From NCBI GenBank assembly GCA_045593885.1, contig JAZNXN010000022.1, positions 22,511 to 86,510 on the forward strand: 64,000 bases of DNA, given 5' to 3'. The notes under the pieces are model-generated. The model did no database searches. It worked only from the letters and a program-made list of their open reading frames with translations, and was not told where the DNA came from. The translations under genes were made by a program, and so were the position numbers. How positions within the stretch are numbered: the stretch's first letter is position 1; every line of letters starts with the position of its first letter. The DNA comes from Eubacteriales bacterium. Lineage in GTDB: Bacteria; Bacillota; Clostridia; Oscillospirales; CAG-272. This document shows, in pieces, positions 38,985 to 47,754 of this stretch.

Positions 38985-39770
38985 TCAGCTCTTTCTGTAC
39001 TCTCTCGGTGTCTGCCCGACGATTTTGTGAAACGCGCGGTTAAAATTGCGCTGCGAGCCGAATCCGCACTCATAGGCTATCTCGGAAATGCTCATATCGC
39101 TGTTTTTGAGAAGCGAGCGCGCCGCTTCGATACGCACGCCCGTCAGAATATCCACAAACCCCTCGCGGAGCTGCTCCTTTATGCACCTGCCAAGATAAAC
39201 GTAATTGATTCCCAGCTCCTTTGAAACGGTGGAAAGCGTTATATTATCCCCGTACCGTTCAACGATAATCTGCAACGCTGATGAAACAATGTCGTTTCCG
39301 TGCAGAGTTCGCTCACGCAGCATAGGCTCTCTGCCCGCCACGCCAAAAATCAAGGGGTATACTATCGAATGTATCCGTACCGCGTCATAGATAACCGAAT
39401 CCGATGTCTCGGGAACGAAGCCCTTTACGTAAGACAAAAGCTCCCCCGAAAGCTCGGCTTTGTTATTTGCGAGCCTTTTTCCCGCAAGCATGCGCTTGAA
39501 ATCGGAAAAGTTCACCATATCAAATATGAAAACGGCAGAGTCGCTCTCTCCAACCGTTCGGAACTCGTGGGTCTGCGGCGAATCTATGAAAACCGCCTCG
39601 CCCGCAGAAACGGTTATTTTTTCAAAATCAACACAGGCTTCAACCACACCCGAAAAAACCACGAATATTTCCGCAGAATAATTTATGTGAGCCGGACAAT
39701 CCACGTTTTTACACGGACGGATTATCAGCGGACTTGTGCGGTGATTGCGGTCAAAATGAATTTCTCTCAT
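38985..39770 (-). CDS. AraC-family transcriptional regulator (cupin sensor plus HTH)
   Basis: C-terminal AraC HTH (ISEIAYECGFGSQRNFNRAFHKIVGQTPREYRK). I chose the start at ATG 39770 behind GGGAG. Confidence 0.85.
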   Translation of the reverse strand: MREIHFDRNHRTSPLIIRPCKNVDCPAHINYSAEIFVVFSGVVEACVDFEKITVSAGEAVFIDSPQTHEFRTVGESDSAVFIFDMVNFSDFKRMLAGKRLANNKAELSGELLSYVKGFVPETSDSVIYDAVRIHSIVYPLIFGVAGREPMLRERTLHGNDIVSSALQIIVERYGDNITLSTVSKELGINYVYLGRCIKEQLREGFVDILTGVRIEAARSLLKNSDMSISEIAYECGFGSQRNFNRAFHKIVGQTPREYRKS

Positions 39771-39817
39771 AAAAGCTCCCAAGGTTTAATTTCGTCTACA
39801 ATTATACCACTTTTTTC

Positions 39818-39846
39818 TTGTTTTGTAAATAGATTTGGTGTAAAAT
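39818..39846 (+). promoter_or_regulatory. promoter-like element, copy 1, divergent from the AraC gene
   Basis: TTGTTT (39818-39823), a 17-nt spacer, then TAAAAT (39841-39846). It lies within a block of about 45 nt that is duplicated at 40221-40262. Confidence 0.45.
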
Positions 39847-39852
39847 TGTCTT

Positions 39853-40179
39853 AATATCAAACTGTATATACCGCGCTGACATCGAAAAACAAATGCTCCG
39901 CCGGTAAGGTAAGCATATCCGAGGTACAAAGAATTTTCACCGACTCCTTCACTTTATAGGTATAGCCACCGTCCGCAACAAACGCCCAATTTTTCAAAAC
40001 TCGCTTAACGGCGCTTGGAGCAAGGCTCCGTATATCGTCAGGCGCAAAAGATTCGCCCACAAGACTGCCGCGCCCGGTATTGCCGAGCACAAAAACCGTT
40101 GTCCAAGAGCAACACACCCCGCATCGTCGACACAAAAAATTGTTTTCAGGACTGCCGCGCAGCCCGGCGGTCTTTTTTT
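39853..40179 (+). ncRNA. candidate non-coding transcript of about 330 nt (orphan promoter-to-terminator unit)
   Basis: Bounded by promoter copy 1 and a strong intrinsic terminator. There is no RBS-preceded ORF on the + strand, and I recognise no riboswitch or RNA family. Confidence 0.3.
40150..40179 (+). terminator. intrinsic terminator with no upstream + strand gene
   Basis: GACTGCCG (40150-40157) pairs with CGGCGGTC (40165-40172), including one G-U pair, followed by T7 (40173-40179). Confidence 0.7.
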
Positions 40180-40224
40180 AGTTGAAATATGTCTACTTTT
40201 TTGAGCAAAAAAGCAATTTATTTC

Positions 40225-40253
40225 TTGTTTTTTGGGAAAATATGGTGTAAAAT
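40225..40253 (+). promoter_or_regulatory. promoter-like element, copy 2, upstream of the transporter gene
   Basis: TTGTTT (40225-40230), a 17-nt spacer, then TAAAAT (40248-40253). It shares GGTGTAAAATTGTCTT with copy 1. Confidence 0.45.
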
Positions 40254-40301
40254 TGTCTTGTATCTGGAAGGGAGTGTCGGCACCTTTGCCGAGATGGGCT
40301 T

Positions 40302-41246
40302 ATGACCTTTTTTGTCTTTTTGCTAATTCTTATCGCCACCGTAGATATTATGCTGAACGCCATTTTGTCTAAGGTGTATGCAAAACGGGTTGAGCACAAC
40401 CCTAACGCAATTTGGCTATGTATCACAATCACCGCCATTTTTGCCTGCTTTTTCTTCACAGTAACAGGGTTGAAAACATTGACCTTTGACTCTTCCCTAC
40501 TGATTTACAGCTTGATTTACGCAGCCCTGATAGAGGCCGCCTTCGTGCTCAATATTATCGCCTTGAAAATCTCCGATATAACTCTCGTCCTCATATTCAG
40601 GTCGGTTGGAGCAATCGCAATACCTGCGGCGGTTGGATTTGCGTTGGGTGAGAGCATTACTCCGTCAATTATAATCGGACTTTCCCTTTTGATAGCAGCA
40701 ACGGTTATTCCGTGCATATCGGGTGAAATGAAAAAAACAAAGGCGGGCGTTTTCGCTATAATAATAAACTCTCTGAATCTTCTTTTTCAGGGAGCGTCAT
40801 CGGCGTTTGGTAAATTTATAGCAATTAACCCCCATATTGATAAAAACGCGCCGTCCCTTTTCCTCTGGACAAACGTCGTTATGTTGGTTATAAGCCTTGC
40901 TTGTTTGGCATTTTTTGCCACAAAAACAAAGAAAAATTGTATTTTGTCATTATCAGAAGGCGGAACGGACGACATAAAAGCCAAAAATGTGCCAATTTTC
41001 AGCGGTTTTTCCGCATTTGTCGTCTTTATCATACTGTTGATGGCATTTAGCTCAAATTCAGGCTCATACATAGAAATTTACACCCTCAAATTCATAGGAA
41101 TTTCCGAGCTTTCGATGGTTCGCAGCTCCCTGACGTTGATTTTGTCGTATATTCCGAGCATATTTATTTTCAAGGAAAAGCCGACAAAGCAGGAAATTGT
41201 ATCTACAATTGTATGTATAGTCGGTCTTATAGTTTATTTTATATAA
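40302..41246 (+). CDS. 10-TM membrane protein, DMT/EamA-like transporter (putative)
   Basis: The hydrophobicity pattern shows two 5-TM halves. There is no strong RBS at ATG 40302. The family assignment rests on topology only. Confidence 0.45.
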   Translation: MTFFVFLLILIATVDIMLNAILSKVYAKRVEHNPNAIWLCITITAIFACFFFTVTGLKTLTFDSSLLIYSLIYAALIEAAFVLNIIALKISDITLVLIFRSVGAIAIPAAVGFALGESITPSIIIGLSLLIAATVIPCISGEMKKTKAGVFAIIINSLNLLFQGASSAFGKFIAINPHIDKNAPSLFLWTNVVMLVISLACLAFFATKTKKNCILSLSEGGTDDIKAKNVPIFSGFSAFVVFIILLMAFSSNSGSYIEIYTLKFIGISELSMVRSSLTLILSYIPSIFIFKEKPTKQEIVSTIVCIVGLIVYFI

Positions 41247-41252
41247 AATTTT

Positions 41253-41286
41253 GCCGCTTGTCTTTTGTTGACGGGCGGTTTTTTAT
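41253..41286 (+). terminator. intrinsic terminator after the transporter gene
   Basis: GCCGCTTGTC pairs with GACGGGCGG, followed by TTTTTTATT. The terminator abuts the first parS. Confidence 0.6.
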
Positions 41287-41302
41287 TGTTTCACGTGAAA
41301 CA
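41287..41302. other. parS centromere-like site 1
   Basis: TGTTTCACGTGAAACA is a perfect 16-bp palindrome matching the Firmicute parS consensus TGTTNCACGTGAAACA. Confidence 0.9.
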
Positions 41303-41444
41303 CTTAAAAATCATACCAAAATAGCCTAAGTATTATAACAAATAGTTAACCCAAGTTAATGTTTTCATCACACAAAATGCTCGATTTATGTCAAAATCAG
41401 CAATTTACTCTTTTACAAAATCACAAAGTAATTCCAAAAAGGAT

Positions 41445-41460
41445 TGTTTCACGTGAAACA
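41445..41460. other. parS centromere-like site 2
   Basis: TGTTTCACGTGAAACA, identical to site 1. Confidence 0.9.
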
Positions 41461-41537
41461 AATCAAATTTTGCACCAAAAAACAGCAAATATCTTCCCCG
41501 CCGAGTTTCTGAAAAGCAAAAAGGGACGAAAAAGCCG

Positions 41538-41553
41538 TGTTTCACGTGAAACA
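41538..41553. other. parS centromere-like site 3
   Basis: TGTTTCACGTGAAACA, identical to site 1, 94 nt upstream of the parA start. Confidence 0.9.
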
Positions 41554-41646
41554 ATTGTAAAAAATTAAATTTTCGCTCATTTTTGTTTGACAATCACCTA
41601 TATTAATGGTATAATTGTATCATAAAACCATAAAAGGAGTGACAAA

Positions 41647-42408
41647 ATGGGCTCAATTGTTTCATTTGCAAACCAGAAGGGCGGCGTTGGAAAATCAACC
41701 TCTGCTATAAACATAGCTGCTCAGATAGCCAAAAACGGCAAAAAAGTGCTTCTTGTTGACCTTGACCCACAGGGAAATACAACGAGCGGCGTTGGAATCA
41801 GCAAAAACAAGGTAAAATCATCTATATACGACGTTATGATAGGGCATAGCACCGTAAAAGACGTTATAATATCCACAGAATACAAAAATCTTTCATTAAT
41901 CCCTTCAAATATTTCACTTGTAGGCGCAGAATTTGAGCTGCGCGAGCTTGAAAACCGTGATTTCTGCATTAAAAATGCGCTCACAACGGTACGCGACGAG
42001 TACGATTACATATTTATTGACTGTCCCCCTACCCTTGGTCTGCTCACAATCAATGCGCTGACCGCTTCCGATGGCGTAATTGTACCTATGCAGTGCGAAT
42101 TTTTTGCCCTCGAGGGACTTTCTCAGCTAATGCTTACCATTAAAAAGGTACGTCAGTATTACAACCACAACCTCGAAATCACGGGAATACTGCTCACAAT
42201 GTTTAATTCCCGCTTCATTCTCACAAACCAAGTAGTTGCAGAGCTCGAAAAGCACTACGCGGGCAAGCTCTTTGACCAGAGAATTTCCCGTTCCGTCAAG
42301 CTCTCGGAGGCTCCCGGCTTTGGCGCTCCGATATGCTATTTCGCGCAGTATTCGAAGGGTAGCCTCGAGTATAAGAAGCTGTGCGACGAAATCACCCTCA
42401 GGATATAA
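41647..42408 (+). CDS. parA: chromosome partitioning ATPase ParA (Soj)
   Basis: The deviant Walker A motif NQKGGVGKST and ParA family length. Confidence 0.92.
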   Translation: MGSIVSFANQKGGVGKSTSAINIAAQIAKNGKKVLLVDLDPQGNTTSGVGISKNKVKSSIYDVMIGHSTVKDVIISTEYKNLSLIPSNISLVGAEFELRELENRDFCIKNALTTVRDEYDYIFIDCPPTLGLLTINALTASDGVIVPMQCEFFALEGLSQLMLTIKKVRQYYNHNLEITGILLTMFNSRFILTNQVVAELEKHYAGKLFDQRISRSVKLSEAPGFGAPICYFAQYSKGSLEYKKLCDEITLRI

Positions 42409-42518
42409 GATAGAGCATAACGATTAATAAATACATCATAAATGATGTGATTTTCTTCAATTTTTGCACAGTTTATTGTAATAATTGACACATTTTACCA
42501 AAAAGGAGCATTATTAAA

Positions 42519-43403
42519 ATGGCAAAATTTTCAGGGCTCGGAAAGGGCATTGACGCAATATTTCTTGAAAATAATATAGATAACACAGAGAAGGGCAACA
42601 TAACCGTTCTCCCCATAAATCAGATAGAAATCAAGACTAATCAGCCGAGAAAGTATTTTGACGAGGATGCGCTGAAATCTCTTTCGGAATCGATAGAGCA
42701 GCACGGACTCATTCAGCCGATAGTTGTGCGCGAGCTCGCAAACGGCAGATATCAGATAGTCGCAGGCGAGAGGCGCTTCCGTGCGTCGAAAATGGCAGAG
42801 CTTACCGAAATTCCCGCAATAATCATTGATGCGGACGAGCTCAAGGCATCTTCACTCGCGCTTATCGAGAACATACAGAGAGAGGACCTCAATCCCCTCG
42901 AGGAAGCTATGGCATACAAGTCGCTGGCAGAGCGATTCGATATGACTCAGGAGCAGATTTCCTCGCAAATGGGCAAGAGCCGCAGCGCCGTAGCAAACAC
43001 CCTGCGTCTTCTTGACCTTCCCGACGAGCTTCTTTCCTTCGTTGCATCGAGGGAGCTTTCCGCAGGCCACGCGCGTGCGCTTCTCGGCCTTGACGACGAA
43101 GCGGATATGATACTTCTTGCCAACAGAGTAATCGAGGACGAGCTTTCGGTTCGAGCAACCGAGGCAGCGGTAAAGAAAATAAATCAGCAGAAGCTCGCCA
43201 TAGACGAAATCACTCCCCCAACCGAGGTAGTGGTTGACTATGCCCGTGAGCTTGAGCTCAAAATGATGAGCACACTCGGCAGACGCGTAAAGATACAGAG
43301 CAAGGGCTCAAAGAAATGCGTTACCCTCTTTTACGAGGACAATGAGGACCTCGAAAGCCTGCTCAAAACCATATGCGGAGAGCGTTTCGTTGACGAAATT
43401 TAA
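42519..43403 (+). CDS. parB: chromosome partitioning protein ParB (Spo0J)
   Basis: ParB box GERRFRAS, the HTH region and IENIQREDLNPLEEA. Confidence 0.92.
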   Translation: MAKFSGLGKGIDAIFLENNIDNTEKGNITVLPINQIEIKTNQPRKYFDEDALKSLSESIEQHGLIQPIVVRELANGRYQIVAGERRFRASKMAELTEIPAIIIDADELKASSLALIENIQREDLNPLEEAMAYKSLAERFDMTQEQISSQMGKSRSAVANTLRLLDLPDELLSFVASRELSAGHARALLGLDDEADMILLANRVIEDELSVRATEAAVKKINQQKLAIDEITPPTEVVVDYARELELKMMSTLGRRVKIQSKGSKKCVTLFYEDNEDLESLLKTICGERFVDEI

Positions 43404-43417
43404 TCGGAGAGCAGTCT

Positions 43418-43954
43418 ATGTGGGATAAAATCGTTTCCTTTTTCAATAAAATAAACCAGAGATTTTTCTACGTTGACAGCTCCGAGCTTGAGCACATTGA
43501 TATTTCCAACCCCCTGACAGATATACCGAAGGTGATTTTTGCGATAGGCGTCGGCGTGATTATCGCCGCAATATTGGCGTATTATCACAAATCGGTGCTT
43601 GGCTCGGCGGTGCGCGCAATTGCGGGCGCCGAGGCTTTTGACGAGAGTCGGGCGGTAGCACTCTCAGCTCTCTCGATAAAGGGCGCTGCGTTTTTTGAAA
43701 GAAGGCTGAAAAGAGATTCTACTTTGTCAAGAAAAATCAAGTGTGTCGAGGGCGAGGACGGCGAGAAAAAATACTACATCTGCGAGGAAAACCGTGATGC
43801 GCTTCTCAAAAGATATTCGAGCGACGGCTCCGACCTCAAATTTCTGATAATCACGCTCGCGGTAACTGTTGCCATAACCTGCGCGTTTATCACCTTCCGC
43901 AACGAGATATTTATAGGAATTGATTTCCTGGTCGGCTTCTTTACTCTTAGCTGA
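43418..43954 (+). CDS. membrane protein of unknown function downstream of parB
   Basis: RBS GGAGAG. One N-proximal and one or two C-terminal hydrophobic helices. No motif recognised. Confidence 0.45.
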   Translation: MWDKIVSFFNKINQRFFYVDSSELEHIDISNPLTDIPKVIFAIGVGVIIAAILAYYHKSVLGSAVRAIAGAEAFDESRAVALSALSIKGAAFFERRLKRDSTLSRKIKCVEGEDGEKKYYICEENRDALLKRYSSDGSDLKFLIITLAVTVAITCAFITFRNEIFIGIDFLVGFFTLS

Positions 43955-43977
43955 GAAGCACTTTCTTAAATATAAAA

Positions 43978-44035
43978 AGAGGACTCTTGGTCGCTCATCC
44001 CATAGGGAATTGCGAGTCAAAGGTCCTCTTTTTCT
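43978..44035 (+). terminator. long imperfect hairpin terminator
   Basis: AGAGGAC (43978-43984) pairs with GTCCTCT (44023-44029), with additional inner pairing, followed by TTTTTC. Confidence 0.5.
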
Positions 44036-44050
44036 TATTGTTTTTCAAAA

Positions 44051-44382
44051 ACGCAGTGTGTATTGAGACAGGTTGTGTCATCGCGCCCTGACGGTGTATA
44101 AAATACTCTGAGAAAAGCGAGGGCTGCCATGCTCGAAACACAAAGTTCAAGGCACGAGGCCTCAATTGACAAAGCCAAGGCGCACGTATTTTGGATGGGT
44201 TTCGTCGTTTTTCGCCCCGAAGCTGTATAGAATACAGCGAGATTTGGGAGAAAACGGCGGAAGACACCCGAAGCTCAAAGCCAAGGCGCACGTATTTTGG
44301 ATGGGTTTCGTCGTTTTTTGCCCCGAAGCTGTATAGAATACAGCGAGATTTGGGAGAAAACGGCGGAAGACGCCAAAATACG
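44051..44382 (+). repeat. tandem array (one degenerate plus two near-identical 106-bp units) of the intergenic structured repeat family
   Basis: The units starting at 44171 and 44277 are identical over 95 nt except for one C/T change. An upstream degenerate unit starts at about 44051. Confidence 0.85.
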
Positions 44383-44387
44383 AAGCC

Positions 44388-45212
44388 TTACTTCTTCTTG
44401 AATTCCTTCATTCCGTTAGTACTTCCACCGTCGCAGAGAACGTCTACTCCGGCAAGATAGCCGTTGCGCTCGTCCGCAACGGTTGCAAGGGCGTAGCCGA
44501 GCTCCTCGGGCTTGCCCATTCTTTCCTCGCAGGAGAAGGGGATGAGCATTCCGCCATCCTTTGCCTCAAGGTTGCCCATGTCGGTTGCTATCAGTCCGGG
44601 GCTGAGAGATACTACTCTTATGCCCTTTTTGCCGTACTCGTACGCGCACTTTTTCGCATACCATACAACAAAATTCTTGGAGAGTGAATATGCAAAGCCC
44701 GAGCGCTGATAATCACCCTTTGCAAGACTTGCCCTTTTCAGAAGCTTCTTTACGAATTTTTCCTCGTCGGTGTCCGCGAGGGCATATGCCTTCTTCGGAA
44801 TGATGAACGAGGGAAGAATATAAGCGGAATTCGATGATACGTCAACGATAACACTGCCACTGTTCATAACCTTGGAAAATTCCTGATTTATGTAAACGGT
44901 TCCGAGGGCGTTTACTCTGACTATCTTCTCTCCGTCTGCCATCGCAGGCGAAAGACCTGCCGAATTAATTACGTTCTTAACCTCGCCGAGCGAAGCCGCA
45001 AAGCTCACCAGCTCCTTCACGCTCTCGCGGTCAGAGGTGTCGCACGCCTTCGCATAAGCCTCAAAGCCGAGCACCTTGAGCTGCTCAACCGCGCCCTCAA
45101 GCTTCTTTACCGTTCTGCCTGCCAGAACTATAATCTTGTCCTTCGGCATCAGCTTTGCAGCCTCAAGGCCCATTCCGCTTCCGCCACCGGTTATTACACA
45201 TACATTTGCCAT
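44388..45212 (-). CDS. SDR-family oxidoreductase
   Basis: ATG 45212 lies behind AAGGAG. Cofactor motif ITGGGSGMG and a catalytic YxxxK region (YSLSK). Confidence 0.85.
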   Translation of the reverse strand: MANVCVITGGGSGMGLEAAKLMPKDKIIVLAGRTVKKLEGAVEQLKVLGFEAYAKACDTSDRESVKELVSFAASLGEVKNVINSAGLSPAMADGEKIVRVNALGTVYINQEFSKVMNSGSVIVDVSSNSAYILPSFIIPKKAYALADTDEEKFVKKLLKRASLAKGDYQRSGFAYSLSKNFVVWYAKKCAYEYGKKGIRVVSLSPGLIATDMGNLEAKDGGMLIPFSCEERMGKPEELGYALATVADERNGYLAGVDVLCDGGSTNGMKEFKKK

Positions 45213-45214
45213 TT

Positions 45215-45859
45215 TTATATCTCCTTGTTTTTTATTGTTATTGAAGCCGAGTATTTTTTGCCCTCGCCATCGGTGTAGGGCAGAGTTAAAAACGAGGCAT
45301 CGCACGCGGTTGTGTCGAGCGCGCGCACCGAGCATACACCCTCGCCCGTGAGCTTGGCGTACGCTTCTTTTTTAGTCCATACGCCGAAAAAGTCCTCTTT
45401 TTGCTCGCTGACCGAAAAGAATCGCGAGGCTATCCTGTCGGTATCCTTTTTTTCATCGGCAAGCTCGACGTCAGCGCCGACGGGCACGTCGCTCAGCGCC
45501 GCAAAAATCACGCCGTGACTGTGCGAAAGGCTGAAATGCGGCTCTGTATCCGCAAAATGCGGCTTCCCTCGCTCTGTGATGAAAATTTGCGGCAGTGGGA
45601 GCATTTCAAGAGATGAAAAGGATAGAATTTTTACCCTTTCCTCTCCAATATCCATTTCCGCTTCGGTTTCGGCGGCAAGCTCACCGTTTCTGTACGCATA
45701 GAGCATACTGAGCAGGGCGAGCGCGGCTACGTGTCTGTCCCTGTCGTCCCTTTGCTTTCTTTCGTCCGCGCGCCGCTTTTCCTCGTTTGTTAGATTTTTG
45801 CAGAGCTCATCGGTCCTTCCGAAAAGCTGTTTCATATCAAAAGCAGAAATATATATCAT
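45215..45859 (-). CDS. 4'-phosphopantetheinyl transferase (Sfp-type)
   Basis: FSLSHSHG, GADVE and WTKKEAYAKLTGEG motifs. ATGA overlap with the rnj stop. Confidence 0.75.
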   Translation of the reverse strand: MIYISAFDMKQLFGRTDELCKNLTNEEKRRADERKQRDDRDRHVAALALLSMLYAYRNGELAAETEAEMDIGEERVKILSFSSLEMLPLPQIFITERGKPHFADTEPHFSLSHSHGVIFAALSDVPVGADVELADEKKDTDRIASRFFSVSEQKEDFFGVWTKKEAYAKLTGEGVCSVRALDTTACDASFLTLPYTDGEGKKYSASITIKNKEI

Positions 45860-47754
45860 ATATTCATTATAACGGGCAGAATCATCGGTCTGCGCTTGGT
45901 CTTGCTGAACAAAAACCGTCCGAGGTCGTCGCGCACCTCGCCCTTTATCTGCATCCAATCGTCAACGTTATGCTTGAAGCATCTCTCAATAGTTTTGAGT
46001 GCAACCTTGCGGATATCGTCAATGAGGTCCTCTGCCTCGCGCACGTAGATAAATCCGCGCGATACAATGTCGGGGCCTGACAGAATTATCTTGCTGTGCA
46101 TATCAACCGATGCGACAACAACGATGAGTCCGTCCTGCGACAACAGTCTTCTGTCACGAAGAACTATATTTCCGACCTCTCCGACGCCGGAGCCGTCAAC
46201 CAGAACTCTTCCCGACTGAACGGTGCCGTTGAATCGCGCTCCGTAGCGGTCGACCTCAAGCACCTTGCCTATATCAGACACGAATATGTTTGCGGGATTC
46301 ATTCCCATAAACTCGGCAATTTCCTTGTGCGCGAACAGGTGTCTGCTCTCGCCGTGTATAGGCATAAACATTTTCGGGCGCACCAATGCGTGCATGAGCT
46401 TCAGCTCCTCCTGACACGCGTGTCCCGATACGTGAATGAAGTCTGCCGTCGTATCGTTTACAACCTTTATTCCGTTCTTTATCAGGGCATTGACTATCTT
46501 TCCCACCAGCTTCTCGTTTCCGGGAATTGCGCTCGAGCTGAGCACAACTACGTCACCGTGAACGAGGTGAACCTTATCGTGCTCGCCGAACGCCATACGG
46601 TAGAGTCCCGACATAGGCTCGCCCTGGCTTCCCGTTGTGATTACGGTCAGCTGCTCGGGATTAAATCTTTTTATATCGTTTACGCTTATCAGCGTTCCGT
46701 CGGGCACGTGCATATATCCGAGGCCAATTGCCGCAGAGAGTATGTTTTCCATGCTCCTTCCCATAACGACAACCTTACGTCCGCATTTCACGCTGACGTC
46801 TATTATCTGCTGAACCCTATGGATATTAGAGGAAAAGGTAGCTATAACAAGACGCTTGTCACTGTTTTGCATAAACACTCTTTCAAGAGAGTTTCCAACC
46901 TTCTTTTCAGAGGGGGTAAAGCCCGCCCTCTCCGCATTGGTTGACTCGCAGAGCATAAGCGTTACGCCCTCGTTGCCTATCTCGCCTATTCTGGTTATAT
47001 CCATCATTTTTCCGTCTATGGGGGACACGTCCAGCTTGAAATCTCCCGAATGGAATATATTTCCCGCAGGGGTACGCAGTAAAATCGCGCAGGAGTCCGC
47101 TATCGAATGGTTCACGTGGATAAATTCCGCAACAAAGCTGCCAAGCCTCACTATATCCCCCGCCTCAACAGTGTGAAGCTTCGGGCGCTCGGGGAGAGTG
47201 AACTCCTCTAACTTTTTCTTGATAATTCCTATCGCCAGACGGCTGCCGTAAACGGGAGCGTTCAATACCTTCAGAAGATAAGGTATAGAGCCTATATGGT
47301 CCTCGTGTCCGTGGGTTATGAGAACTGCACGTACCTTGCTTTTGTTTTTCTCAAGATAGGAAAAATCGGGCACAACGAGGTCAACTCCGAGCATATCATC
47401 GTCGGGGAATGCGACTCCGCAGTCGATAACAACGATATCCCTGTCGGTTTCAAATACCGTTATGTTCTTTCCTATCTCGCCAAGGCCGCCAAGGCTGATT
47501 ACCCTCACGACCTCGTTTTTCTCGGTCGGAATCCTCTTTTGGCGCCTTGCTTCACTTTTGCCGTTTGCCGTCCTTTTTGCCTCGGGCGGCTTTTTCGTTT
47601 GCTTTTTGCTCTCCTTGCCTATGGGGAGCTTTTCCTTTTTTTGCTGTACGGCGTTTTTTTTGCTTTTTTTCTGCTCCGACGCCTTCATCGGCTCGGTCTT
47701 TACTTTTGCCGTATAGCTCTTTTTTCTTTTACTGTTTTCTTTATTTTTCTGCAT
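45856..47754 (-). CDS. rnj: ribonuclease J with a Lys-rich N-terminal extension of about 95 aa
   Basis: Metallo-beta-lactamase and beta-CASP motifs (LGGLGEIGKN, HGHEDHIG), 632 aa from ATG 47754. Confidence 0.9.
   Translation of the reverse strand: MQKNKENSKRKKSYTAKVKTEPMKASEQKKSKKNAVQQKKEKLPIGKESKKQTKKPPEAKRTANGKSEARRQKRIPTEKNEVVRVISLGGLGEIGKNITVFETDRDIVVIDCGVAFPDDDMLGVDLVVPDFSYLEKNKSKVRAVLITHGHEDHIGSIPYLLKVLNAPVYGSRLAIGIIKKKLEEFTLPERPKLHTVEAGDIVRLGSFVAEFIHVNHSIADSCAILLRTPAGNIFHSGDFKLDVSPIDGKMMDITRIGEIGNEGVTLMLCESTNAERAGFTPSEKKVGNSLERVFMQNSDKRLVIATFSSNIHRVQQIIDVSVKCGRKVVVMGRSMENILSAAIGLGYMHVPDGTLISVNDIKRFNPEQLTVITTGSQGEPMSGLYRMAFGEHDKVHLVHGDVVVLSSSAIPGNEKLVGKIVNALIKNGIKVVNDTTADFIHVSGHACQEELKLMHALVRPKMFMPIHGESRHLFAHKEIAEFMGMNPANIFVSDIGKVLEVDRYGARFNGTVQSGRVLVDGSGVGEVGNIVLRDRRLLSQDGLIVVVASVDMHSKIILSGPDIVSRGFIYVREAEDLIDDIRKVALKTIERCFKHNVDDWMQIKGEVRDDLGRFLFSKTKRRPMILPVIMNI

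Noticed and set aside
39857-40135. A 92-aa minus-strand ORF (MCRRCGVCCSW...).
   Set aside because: It is TTG-initiated with no RBS, has Cys/Arg-rich odd composition at the start, and shows no recognisable domain. It lies inside the orphan promoter-terminator interval. It could be a gene fragment but is not supportable as a CDS.
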